Part shown: positions 26,395 to 35,460 of the stretch, piece after piece
Position numbering within the stretch: position 1 is the first letter of the stretch
Layout: every line of letters begins with the position of its first letter
Source of the DNA: a virus
Taxonomy: Duplodnaviria; Caudoviricetes
Direction: 5' to 3' (one strand)
IMG/VR virus record: IMGVR_UViG_3300046526_000409
Coordinates: 1 to 64,000 of that record
DNA: 64,000 nt
Translations under genes and position numbers: made by a program
Notes under the pieces: model-generated
Told to the model about the DNA's origin: nothing
The model's input: only the letters and a program-made list of their open reading frames with translations
Database searches by the model: none

Positions 26395-27014
26395 TGCCCG
26401 GATACCTCCATCAGATTGCGGAGCGTGCCGCACTCCAGTTCATCACGTCGACATCTACGGCAAGCAGTCCTCCGACGACCACGACCATCCGCGGCTATCT
26501 GCTGAAGCTCTACCAGACGCAGGGCCTGGCGGGTCTCGCCGGCTACCTTCCGGTGGACTTCCTGAACTCCTTCGCCACGCAGGCCAAGGCGGATACCAGC
26601 GGCTCCTGGCTGAGCGGTCTCATCGGGACGCGCACCGACGGACCCAGCACCTTCTACCTCGCCCTGCTGACCGGGGATCCGGGCCGCCAGGCGACCTTCG
26701 CGAACACAGCGGCGCTGGAGGTGGCAGCTCCGGGCTACAGCCGGCAGGCCATGCCGTTCTCCCTGGCGACCGCTCCCAGTTCCGGCGGCTCGGCTGTGTC
26801 CAACTCGGCGCCGCTGTTCTTCGGGCCCTTCACGGCCTCCGGCGGACTGGGAGTCGTAGCGACCCACGCCGCCCTCGTCACAGTTGCCAGCGGTACGGGT
26901 GGAGCCGTCAACGCCATCTGGCAGCTCGACACTCCCGTATCCGCCAGCCAGAACGAGACCCTGATGCTCAACACTGGTGGCCTGTCGATTGGGCTCGACT
27001 CATGGCAGAGCTGA
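26394..27014 (+). CDS. Fibre/decoration-type virion protein (paralog)
   Basis: YLALLTGDPG...GYSRQAM...FGPFT. Confidence 0.7.
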   Translation: MPGYLHQIAERAALQFITSTSTASSPPTTTTIRGYLLKLYQTQGLAGLAGYLPVDFLNSFATQAKADTSGSWLSGLIGTRTDGPSTFYLALLTGDPGRQATFANTAALEVAAPGYSRQAMPFSLATAPSSGGSAVSNSAPLFFGPFTASGGLGVVATHAALVTVASGTGGAVNAIWQLDTPVSASQNETLMLNTGGLSIGLDSWQS

Positions 27015-27820
27015 CCCGAATCCTCGCTCGCATGCGCTCCGAAATCGGGGACTTCGGGAGCGGCTTCCGTGACCTCCTCTCCGGTACGGGGGAGCTGACC
27101 GACTACGACCTCAGCTCCGTCAACGTCACCCTCAGCCGGGTCAGCCTCCTCAACGGGCAGTCGATCACTGACCTGATCGCCGGCACCGACTACCAGGTCG
27201 ACAGTCGCGAGGGACGACTCACCCTCCTCGGCGCCCACGCTCCGCTTCCGCTGGGCCAGACGCTGATCGTCGAGGGCAACGCAGCCGGCATGTTCACCGA
27301 CGAGGAGCTGACCCAGCACCTGCGGGACGCCGAACTCCAGCACTGCCACAACAGGCACGCCACCGTGCGGTACCGGTCGGCCAACGGCTTCATCCGCTAC
27401 GCCGACGAGCCGCTGACGCTGGAAAACCTGCCGGACGTCGAGGAGCTGCCCCTCGTGCTCCTGGCCGTGGTCAACGCGCTGTGGGCGGTCGCAACCGACG
27501 CGTCCTCGGACGTAGACATCTCCACAGGCGAAGGAACCCACGTCAACCGCGGGCAGCGCTACACCCAGGTCCTGCACCAGATCTCGGTGATGACCGACCG
27601 GTACGAGGAACTGTGCCGGCAGCTCAACGTCGGCCTTTTCCGTATCGAGATGGCGAACCTTCGTCGCGTCTCGCGCACCACCGGCCGGTACGTGCCGCTC
27701 TACGTGGACCGCGAGTACGACGACAACGCGTACCCCGAGCGGGTCCTGCCGACCATCGACAAGCACGACGTCGACCCGTCCGGTATCCCCAACCCCACCT
27801 ACAACGGGTGGGCTGCGTGA
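27002..27820 (+). CDS. Head-tail adaptor/neck protein
   Basis: Position; R.EIGD...FTDEEL pattern. Confidence 0.65.
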   Translation: MAELTRILARMRSEIGDFGSGFRDLLSGTGELTDYDLSSVNVTLSRVSLLNGQSITDLIAGTDYQVDSREGRLTLLGAHAPLPLGQTLIVEGNAAGMFTDEELTQHLRDAELQHCHNRHATVRYRSANGFIRYADEPLTLENLPDVEELPLVLLAVVNALWAVATDASSDVDISTGEGTHVNRGQRYTQVLHQISVMTDRYEELCRQLNVGLFRIEMANLRRVSRTTGRYVPLYVDREYDDNAYPERVLPTIDKHDVDPSGIPNPTYNGWAA

Positions 27821-28347
27821 GCCGAGCCGACTGGAAGCGCGGACGCTTCTCCGCCACAGAAGAGGGCGAGCGCATCGACCAGGGCCTGCGGGCCTGGCAG
27901 CAGCAGGTGGGTGACGTCATCGCCTACTGGCGCTTCTCCCACACCCGTTCGGTCTCCAACGACATCTACGACGAGGGTGACGAGGGCGGTCTGGCCTACG
28001 ACGGGCCGTGGTCGGTCCCGGTCCTGCACGCCACCCACGTCGAGGCGGGCGACCAGGAGGGCGACCGCGGCTTCTACACCGTCGACACGCTCGACATCAG
28101 CGCCGTATTCGCCCAGATCCAAAAGGTCGGGCTCACCCAGGCCGACATCCACAACGACCGGTACCTGAGGGACCGCATCGCCTACGACGGGCGCCTTTTC
28201 CGCATCACCCAGATGTCCATCCTCGGGCAGATCCGCAGGCAAGACGTGCTCGTGTCCATCACCGCCGTCGAGGTCAAGCCCGACGAGCTGACTGCGGACG
28301 CGATCTTCGCCCAGTACATCCCCGCCTCGGGGGCCGGCGAGCGCTGA
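27817..28347 (+). CDS. Head closure/neck protein
   Basis: Position; DIYDE...DRIAYDGRLF. Confidence 0.6.
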   Translation: MSRADWKRGRFSATEEGERIDQGLRAWQQQVGDVIAYWRFSHTRSVSNDIYDEGDEGGLAYDGPWSVPVLHATHVEAGDQEGDRGFYTVDTLDISAVFAQIQKVGLTQADIHNDRYLRDRIAYDGRLFRITQMSILGQIRRQDVLVSITAVEVKPDELTADAIFAQYIPASGAGER

Positions 28348-28371
28348 GCGCCCGGCACAACAAGGAGCCCC

Positions 28372-29964
28372 ATGGCCACCTACGAACGCCCTGACGCCTT
28401 CGTCGAGGAGCGTCTGACCACCTACGCAGACACCGTCACCACGGGCACCACCACGTCCACCGACTACGTCACCCCCGCCCAGGCTGACGCCCGCTACCAG
28501 CAACTCGGTCAGCCCGTGAACCTCGTGCTGGCTCCCAGCCAGGGGGCCGCCATCACCGTGCAGCAGACCAGCGACTCGAAGCCGCGCTTCCAGGCCGGTT
28601 CGGACGGCGTCCTCGCGTTCGGCACCGGCTCCGCCGACCCCGACGTGAACCTCAAGCGAGTAGGCCCAGGACAGCTGGGCACCGATGGCAGCCTGACCCA
28701 GGCCGGCCACACAGTCCTCGACGTCTCCCAGCTCGCCGTAGCCGGCGGCGTCGCCACCCTTGGCAGCGACGGCAAGCTGGCCCCGAGCCAGCTCCCGGCC
28801 ACCGCAGGCGGCGGCTCATCGAACCCGAATGCCGCGCTCCAGGGCACCAAGGGGTACTACGTTCCCGCGAGTTGGGGCGAGTTCTGGCGGCCGAAGCGGA
28901 ACGCGGCCAAGACCGGGGCGGGAAAGGCGACCGTCGCCGTCGTCGGCGGTGCTTCTGCCGCGGGTTTCCCGGCATCCAAGCTCCGCACCAAGTCGTGGCC
29001 CGGCGTACTCAACACGTCGCTCCAGAGCGTCTACGGTGACGGCGGCTCGGGCTTCTACACCTCCGTGCTCAGCCCGCTCGGCATCCTGGGGTACACCAAC
29101 ACCACCTCCTGGGCCAGCGAGCTGATCGGTCAGACGGGCACCTGGACCATCGGCGGCTACTCGGCCGGCCCCGGCTGGGGCTATCTGTACTCCAAGACCC
29201 CCGGAGACAACCTCACCTTCACGGTGAAGGGCACGAGCATCACGATCTACACGCTCGGCGCGGACGGTCAGCACTCGCCGTGGTCCTACAGCATCGACGG
29301 CGCCACCGCTGTCGTAGTCACGGACACAGCCACCACCGGACTTGCCGTCGTCGCCACCAAGGTCACGGGCCTCTCGGTCGGCACCCACACGGTCAAGCTC
29401 ACCCACACCGGAACCAGCAGCCAGTACCTGGCCGTCTGCGGCGTGGCCGGCGAGAACGCGACGGGAGTCGTGCTCAACAACCTCTCGCGCCGATACACCA
29501 TCGCGAGCGAGTACCTGCCGGCGCTGAAGTTGCCGTGGAACGGCGGCCCGAGCTATCCGGCCGACGTCGTCGTCTACGCGGTCAGCATCGACGACATCAC
29601 CAGCGGCATCGACGCGGACGCCTGGGCAACGAGCGTGCGCCAGCACCTCAGCAACATCCGGGACGGCGGAACCGCCACCGGAGCTACGGACATCGTCATC
29701 GTGCTCCCGCACATCGGCACAGCAGACACCGCCACGTTTTGCTATCAGGACTTCATCGACCGCGCCCACGGCCTCGCCCACGCATTCCAGGCGGCCGTCA
29801 TCGACCTTTGGGCGTTGGGTCGGAACTCGTGGAACTACTGGAACTCGCTCGGTTATTGGGGCGACACCTCGAATCCGGGGGCCGCAGGAACCGATGCCTA
29901 TTTCATGTCAGACGCCGGCCACTCCTACGTCGCAGGAGTCATCAACGCGCTCCTTACGAGCTGA
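28372..29964 (+). CDS. Virion fibre protein with degenerate SGNH-hydrolase-like domain
   Basis: GVATLGSDGKL fibre repeat; VAVVGGASAAG block I and FMSDAGH block V, both diverged. Confidence 0.65.
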   Translation: MATYERPDAFVEERLTTYADTVTTGTTTSTDYVTPAQADARYQQLGQPVNLVLAPSQGAAITVQQTSDSKPRFQAGSDGVLAFGTGSADPDVNLKRVGPGQLGTDGSLTQAGHTVLDVSQLAVAGGVATLGSDGKLAPSQLPATAGGGSSNPNAALQGTKGYYVPASWGEFWRPKRNAAKTGAGKATVAVVGGASAAGFPASKLRTKSWPGVLNTSLQSVYGDGGSGFYTSVLSPLGILGYTNTTSWASELIGQTGTWTIGGYSAGPGWGYLYSKTPGDNLTFTVKGTSITIYTLGADGQHSPWSYSIDGATAVVVTDTATTGLAVVATKVTGLSVGTHTVKLTHTGTSSQYLAVCGVAGENATGVVLNNLSRRYTIASEYLPALKLPWNGGPSYPADVVVYAVSIDDITSGIDADAWATSVRQHLSNIRDGGTATGATDIVIVLPHIGTADTATFCYQDFIDRAHGLAHAFQAAVIDLWALGRNSWNYWNSLGYWGDTSNPGAAGTDAYFMSDAGHSYVAGVINALLTS

Positions 29965-29976
29965 CAGAGAGTTCCC

Positions 29977-31485
29977 ATGGTCATTCCTCAGATGCCGCTT
30001 GTCATAGCGGTAGCCAAGAGTCAGGTCGGCGTCCACGAAGGGTATTCCGAGGGCGGCTGGAACAACTTCACCCGCTATGCCTACGAAGTTCCCACCCTCG
30101 CCTGGGCAGACGGACAGTCGTGGTGCGATACCTTCGTCTCGTGGGTCGCCATGAGAGCAGGCGTCGCGAGCCTCTTTCCACGCACTGCGGACTGTTCGGC
30201 CTCCATTACCTGGTGGCAGGCGGCCAACCGCTGGAGCTGGTATCCGGCGGTGGGTTCGCAGGTCATGCTGGGACCCAGTGGAGCCGATCACACGGGCATT
30301 GTTTACGCTTTCGACTCCGTCTTCATCTACACGATCGAAGGCAATGGAAACGTAAATGGGACGGACGAAGGCGATGGCGTCTATCTGCGAAAGCGGAAGC
30401 GCTCGGACGCGAATGTCTACGGCTATGGTCTGCCGGCATACGCCGAAGGGATCATCACGGCCGACTTGTCGCTGAAGGGCCTCGCCGGCTACATCTACGC
30501 CACTGCCCACACCGGCCCCGGTCCGGCCACGCTGCGCCAGGGCGCCTGGATGGTCGACCACCTGGTCACCGGAACGCTCGCCATCAACGGGCCGGCAAAC
30601 GCTGGTCGCATGGCCATCCAGCAGAACGACCCCGACACGGTCGGCCTGGAGGTCACGGCGTCGTCGTCGCCCAACCAGTCCCTCGTCAAGTTCCGGGACA
30701 CCAACGGCAACGTCGCATTCGAGGTCAACGCTGCCGGCCAGATCGTTCACCGTGGCCAGTCGCTGCACACCAGCAGCGTCCAGATCGGCTCCGCTACGCC
30801 CGACCTCGGCGGTGGCGGCGGTGTTCTGGGCATCAAGGACGCGTCCCCGGCACCGACCACCAACCCGACAGGCGGAGCGGTCCTGTACTCCGAGGGCGGC
30901 GTACTCAAGGTTCGCGCCGCGAGCGGTGCCGTCGTCGACCTGTCCACGGTCCCCAGGAACGAATTCCGCCCCAGCGACCACGGCTTGATCGCCTGGACGA
31001 TGGATCCTGCGTCCTGCTCGACGACCGGTACCGCGCTCAGCACCGGCTACATCTACTTCGTCGAGATCGTCCTGCGGAACCCGGCCACGATCACGAGCCT
31101 GTGCGTGAACCTCAGCGCTGGCGGAACCGGGCTCACGGCGAACCAGTGCCTCGCGGGCCTCTACACCGCCAGCGGCACGCGCGTTGGCGTCACGGCGGAC
31201 ATGTCGACGACGTGGAACACCGCAGGCGACAAGACCATGGCGCTCACGTCGTCGTACAGCGCGGCGGCCGGCAAGTACTACGTCGCCTTCCTGGTGGTCG
31301 GAACGACGAGCCCCACATTCGCGTGCGGCTCCACCCTCGGCAATTTCACCCCCGGAAATGCGCACCTCACGGCGGGCAATTACCGATTCTGCCGCTCCGC
31401 GTCCGGCCAGACCTCGCTTCCGGCGAGCTACACGATGGCGAGCGCAACTCCCGACGCCAACAACGTCTGGACTGCTGCCGCCTAA
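29977..31485 (+). CDS. CHAP amidase domain fused to fibre-like C-terminus
   Basis: WCDTFVSW...HTGIV...TIEGN. Confidence 0.85.
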   Translation: MVIPQMPLVIAVAKSQVGVHEGYSEGGWNNFTRYAYEVPTLAWADGQSWCDTFVSWVAMRAGVASLFPRTADCSASITWWQAANRWSWYPAVGSQVMLGPSGADHTGIVYAFDSVFIYTIEGNGNVNGTDEGDGVYLRKRKRSDANVYGYGLPAYAEGIITADLSLKGLAGYIYATAHTGPGPATLRQGAWMVDHLVTGTLAINGPANAGRMAIQQNDPDTVGLEVTASSSPNQSLVKFRDTNGNVAFEVNAAGQIVHRGQSLHTSSVQIGSATPDLGGGGGVLGIKDASPAPTTNPTGGAVLYSEGGVLKVRAASGAVVDLSTVPRNEFRPSDHGLIAWTMDPASCSTTGTALSTGYIYFVEIVLRNPATITSLCVNLSAGGTGLTANQCLAGLYTASGTRVGVTADMSTTWNTAGDKTMALTSSYSAAAGKYYVAFLVVGTTSPTFACGSTLGNFTPGNAHLTAGNYRFCRSASGQTSLPASYTMASATPDANNVWTAAA

Positions 31486-31570
31486 ATCCGGGCCTGTAAC
31501 AGATTCCTGCGAATGCTGTAATCCTAACTTCGGAGGAAACGTGACATAAGTACCGGAAGGCCCCAAGCAG

Positions 31571-32155
31571 ATGCCCTGGATAACCAATGAGGATGCCGCC
31601 ATCAAGGCGAAGCTCCAAGGCTTGGTTGTCAAGGACACCAACGCACCTACTGAGGGCCTTCCGGTAGACGTGCGTTTCCGTCTCCCCGAAAACGAACTTG
31701 CGGCGGCGACCTTTCCGCTCATCGTCATCGAGCGCACCCGCGTAGAACCGGACCACGAGCGAGAACACCGCGGGACCGTCGAACTCGGCTACACCCCCGA
31801 GGGATATGACAGCACCAAGTCCTATCTGGCGCCCGACCCCATCCCGTACCTGTTCGAGTACCAGGTCACCGTCTACACGCGAAAGCAGCGGCACGCGGCG
31901 AGCATCACACAGGCGCTCTCCACACGGGACTATCTCCACCCGCGCTGGGCCTACCTGGAAGTTCCGCAGGACGGAACCGTAAGGCGTCTCGAAGTTGCTG
32001 GCGGACCCGAATTCAACGAGGGTCGCGACACCCAGGGGAAGCGCCTGTGGCAGGTCGACTACCTGCTGCACGTGAGCGCCGAACTCCTCGACGAGATCGC
32101 CGAAATCAAGCTCGTCCAGACGGTCGACATCACCACTCATCCCCTCGGCCAGTAG
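31571..32155 (+). CDS. Tail terminator/completion protein
   Basis: Directly before the sheath; FPLIVIE...PIPYLFEYQV. Confidence 0.65.
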   Translation: MPWITNEDAAIKAKLQGLVVKDTNAPTEGLPVDVRFRLPENELAAATFPLIVIERTRVEPDHEREHRGTVELGYTPEGYDSTKSYLAPDPIPYLFEYQVTVYTRKQRHAASITQALSTRDYLHPRWAYLEVPQDGTVRRLEVAGGPEFNEGRDTQGKRLWQVDYLLHVSAELLDEIAEIKLVQTVDITTHPLGQ

Positions 32156-32175
32156 GCCCTGAAGGAGCTTTCTCT

Positions 32176-33726
32176 ATGGCGACTTTCCTGCGCCCCGGCA
32201 TCTACGTGGACGAGACGCTGGATGCGATATCGAACCCGGTCACCACGAACCCTGGCGAGGCTATCGCCGCGTTCATCGGTGCCCACAACTTCGGTCCGGC
32301 CCTTCCCACGCTGATCACCTCCTGGTCGCAGTTCAACCTCGTGTACGGCGGCTGGGGCACCGGGACCGATCTGCTTCCGTACGCGGTGTACTCCTACTTC
32401 GCCAACGGCGGTGGCAAGGCGTACATCTGCCGGGCGGTCCCGTCCGACTCGGTCGCGTCGCACGTCACGCTCAACGACCGGCAGACGACCCCCGAGGCGG
32501 TGCTGTCGCTGACGGCCAGGGCAGCCGGCGCCTTCGGCAACAAGGTGTACATCGACGTCTCCGACGCCAACACGGGAGCCGGCCGCTTCAACATGGCCGT
32601 CAAGGTGGGCGGTACGACGGACGCGTACATCGCCGACCGGTACAACGACGTCAGTCTCGATCCGGCGGACTCGCGGAACCTGGTCGCGATGATCAACTCC
32701 CCTGTCAACGGCTCGGCGTTCATCAAGGCCGACTACGTCGCCACCGACGCGTGGACCGCCTCAATCACCCCTTCGCTCCAGACCGGTACGCCGCTGACCG
32801 GTGGTCTGGACGGCAGCGCGACCCCGGATCTGGTCACCGCCACGAAGCAGCTCGAAGCGACCGGCGAGATCGTCAACGTCAACCTGCCGGGCGTCACCGA
32901 CACCGCGATCCTCAACAACATCATCGCCTGGGCCGAGGACTACGGGTACGCCTTCGTCGTGGCCGACGCGCCCTCGACGCCGTCCCTGGACGCAGCCACC
33001 GCGGTCACGAACTACGCCAAGCTCTCGCCGGCCGCGAACTCCAGCACGAGCCCGCCGCCGCTGAAGTCCAGTTCCTACGTTGCGGTGTTCGGTCCGTGGC
33101 TAGTGTCGGCCGACCCGTCCTCGGTGGCGTCCGGTGCCACCCGCACCCTGCCGCCTGGCGGTGCGGTCCTGGGCCAGATCGCCAAGACGGACACCCTCTA
33201 CGGCCCGCACCAGTCGGCAGCCGGCACGCTCAGTCGGCTCACAGGCGTCTACTCGACCGAGCTGCGATTCACCAACTCCCAGCTCGACAACCTCAACGCC
33301 TGGGGCATCAACGTCATCCGGCAGATCCCCCAGAACGGCATCTGCATTATGGGCGCCCGCACGTTGAAGAACGGCTACCCCGACCGGTACGTCGCCGTTC
33401 GCCGGCTGCTCACCTACACCCGCAAGATTCTCGTCGACCTCACTCGTAGTGCTGTCTTCGCGCCCAACACCCCCGAGCTGTGGCACTCCATCGCGGCGAC
33501 CCTCACCCAGCAGCTCACCACGCAGGCCCAGGCGGGTCAGTTCGCCAGCTCGACCCCGGACACCGCGTTCCAGGTGATCTGCGACGACAGCAACAACACC
33601 GCCACCACGGTCGACAACGGCGAAGTCCACATCGACGTCGGCATTGCCGTTGCTCGGCCGGCCGAGTACGTCGCGATCCACATCAGCCAGTACGACGGCG
33701 GTGCGACGGTGACTGAGTCCGCGTAA
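32176..33726 (+). CDS. Contractile tail sheath protein
   Basis: RPGIYVDE, YFANGG, INVIR..GICIMGARTL...YVAVRR, PAEYV. Confidence 0.95.
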   Translation: MATFLRPGIYVDETLDAISNPVTTNPGEAIAAFIGAHNFGPALPTLITSWSQFNLVYGGWGTGTDLLPYAVYSYFANGGGKAYICRAVPSDSVASHVTLNDRQTTPEAVLSLTARAAGAFGNKVYIDVSDANTGAGRFNMAVKVGGTTDAYIADRYNDVSLDPADSRNLVAMINSPVNGSAFIKADYVATDAWTASITPSLQTGTPLTGGLDGSATPDLVTATKQLEATGEIVNVNLPGVTDTAILNNIIAWAEDYGYAFVVADAPSTPSLDAATAVTNYAKLSPAANSSTSPPPLKSSSYVAVFGPWLVSADPSSVASGATRTLPPGGAVLGQIAKTDTLYGPHQSAAGTLSRLTGVYSTELRFTNSQLDNLNAWGINVIRQIPQNGICIMGARTLKNGYPDRYVAVRRLLTYTRKILVDLTRSAVFAPNTPELWHSIAATLTQQLTTQAQAGQFASSTPDTAFQVICDDSNNTATTVDNGEVHIDVGIAVARPAEYVAIHISQYDGGATVTESA

Positions 33727-33837
33727 GGAATCGGGGCCGGATCGAATAACGGTCCGGCCCCACCGTAAACCTCTCGATAACCACACGGTCTCCACATGGA
33801 TAACCACCCGGCGCACCTCGTGCTACGGGAGTAGTGA

Positions 33838-34422
33838 ATGGCATCCACCCTAAAGACCGTCTCGCAGAGCCAGAGCTTGGCCTCTCGGCAGACGGACCCT
33901 CTCCGCTCGTTCAAGTTCCACGTCCAGATCAGCCAGGTCGGAAAGCTCGCCCAGCAGTACCCGAAGCTCGGGTTCATGAGCGTCAGCGGCCTCAGCGTGA
34001 CGACCGATGTCATCGCATACAGGGCTGGCGGAATGAACACCACCACCCAGAAGATGCCTGGTCAGAGCGACTTCAGCCCCGTCACCCTTTCCAAGGGAAT
34101 GATGCCGGGCGACCAGGTCCTCGTGAACTGGATGTACCAGCTCTTCGATGTCATGCAGGGCAATGGCTCCGGGAGCGATACGGGTACCGAATTCCGGGCC
34201 ACGATCGACATCATGCTCATCGACCACCCGGTCACGAAGAACAAGGCCGCGGTGAAGGCCGTGTGGCGCCTCTACAACGCCTGGCCGACCTCGGTGGCAT
34301 TCGGTGATCTCGACGCCGGAAGCAACACGTTCGCCGTCAACCAGATCACGTTCGCCCACGAGGGGTGGGACTTCAAGGTGGCCGACAACTACGGCCCGAA
34401 CTCCCAGGCGTACATCAAGTAA
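33838..34422 (+). CDS. Tail tube protein (T4 gp19-like)
   Basis: DPLRSFKF, SVSGL, YRAGG..KMPG..VTLSKG, NAWP. Confidence 0.92.
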   Translation: MASTLKTVSQSQSLASRQTDPLRSFKFHVQISQVGKLAQQYPKLGFMSVSGLSVTTDVIAYRAGGMNTTTQKMPGQSDFSPVTLSKGMMPGDQVLVNWMYQLFDVMQGNGSGSDTGTEFRATIDIMLIDHPVTKNKAAVKAVWRLYNAWPTSVAFGDLDAGSNTFAVNQITFAHEGWDFKVADNYGPNSQAYIK

Positions 34423-34445
34423 TCCCCGATACAAGGAAATCACTC

Positions 34446-35300
34446 ATGACTGAAATGCAGTACGACTGGACCTTCGATTCTCCCGCTGGTGGCCGGTCGG
34501 TCGACGTCCTTGGCGACACTCCGGGCGCGACCGCCGCCATCGACTCCCTCCTCACCAGCTCGGCCGGGGAGCCGCCGGCCATCCCTGCGCCCGCTGACTG
34601 CATCGTCACTCTCCCCGCGGGACTGGTCCGAGAGGACCACATCATCACGGAGGCAGAGGTACGTGAGCTGACGGGTGCCGACGAGGAGGCCCTGGCCCGC
34701 GTCCGATCCAACCCGCTCCGCCTGCTGGAGACACTCCTGGAGCTGGGCACCGTCCGCATCGGCGACGTGCCGGCCACCTCGGACGTTCTTCCCCAGCTCC
34801 TTCTCGGCGACCGGGATGCCCTCGTCGTCGCCATCCGCCGGGTCACCTTCGGCGACGAGATGGAGTTCTCCGAGATCATCTGCCCCACCTGTGGTGAGGA
34901 CTTCGCAGCGAAGATCTCCCTCGGCGCCATCGAGCCCACGACGGTGACCTCAGGCCGCCTGACGGTGCCGATGCGCAAGGGTGGCTACGCCATCGTGCGG
35001 TATCCCAACGGCGCCGATCAGGCCGCCATGCTCGCGCTTCCCAAGGCGACGGACGCCGAGCGCAACACCTTCCTGCTGGGTCGCTGCCTGGTGGAGGTCC
35101 GGGACGCGCAGGGCAAGGCCACGCCTGGCAGCGCGGACCTGGCCAGGTCGCTCGGCATGGGGGACATCCGCACCATCCTCAAGCAGCTCGCCGCAACGCA
35201 GCCTGGTCCGCGGCTGCTGGAGGTGTCGATCGAGCACGAAGCGTGCGGCGGGGAGGTTCCGCTGCCCCTCTCGGTGGCGGACATCTTTCGCGATTTCTGA
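34446..35300 (+). CDS. Tail/baseplate assembly chaperone
   Basis: VRELTGADEE, GDRDAL..IRRVTFG, CPTC. Confidence 0.8.
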   Translation: MTEMQYDWTFDSPAGGRSVDVLGDTPGATAAIDSLLTSSAGEPPAIPAPADCIVTLPAGLVREDHIITEAEVRELTGADEEALARVRSNPLRLLETLLELGTVRIGDVPATSDVLPQLLLGDRDALVVAIRRVTFGDEMEFSEIICPTCGEDFAAKISLGAIEPTTVTSGRLTVPMRKGGYAIVRYPNGADQAAMLALPKATDAERNTFLLGRCLVEVRDAQGKATPGSADLARSLGMGDIRTILKQLAATQPGPRLLEVSIEHEACGGEVPLPLSVADIFRDF

Positions 35301-35460
35301 CGCCCGAGCGACACGGGCTGACTACACCACCCTCGCCTACGCCCACCCCGAGTGGCAGCTCAGCGAGATCAAACAACTGACGGTCAGCGAGCGCGAGTAC
35401 TGGCGCGACCTGGCCCTCTGGGTCAAGGAACGAAGGGAGGCGGCGGCGTCCAGTGGCTGA
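35287..35460 (+). CDS. Frameshift extension of the tail chaperone (+1 frame, no own start)
   Basis: WQLSEIKQLTVSEREYW typical of chaperone second parts; UUU_CGC at 35286-35291. Confidence 0.65.
   Translation, partial: FAISDARATRADYTTLAYAHPEWQLSEIKQLTVSEREYWRDLALWVKERREAAASSG

Noticed and set aside
29280-31737. Long alternative-frame and antisense ORFs (e.g. 29280-31499, 29908-31737, and similar ones throughout)
   Set aside because: Arg/Pro/Gly-rich shadows expected from high GC3 codon bias; no motifs, unlike the nested methyltransferase ORF
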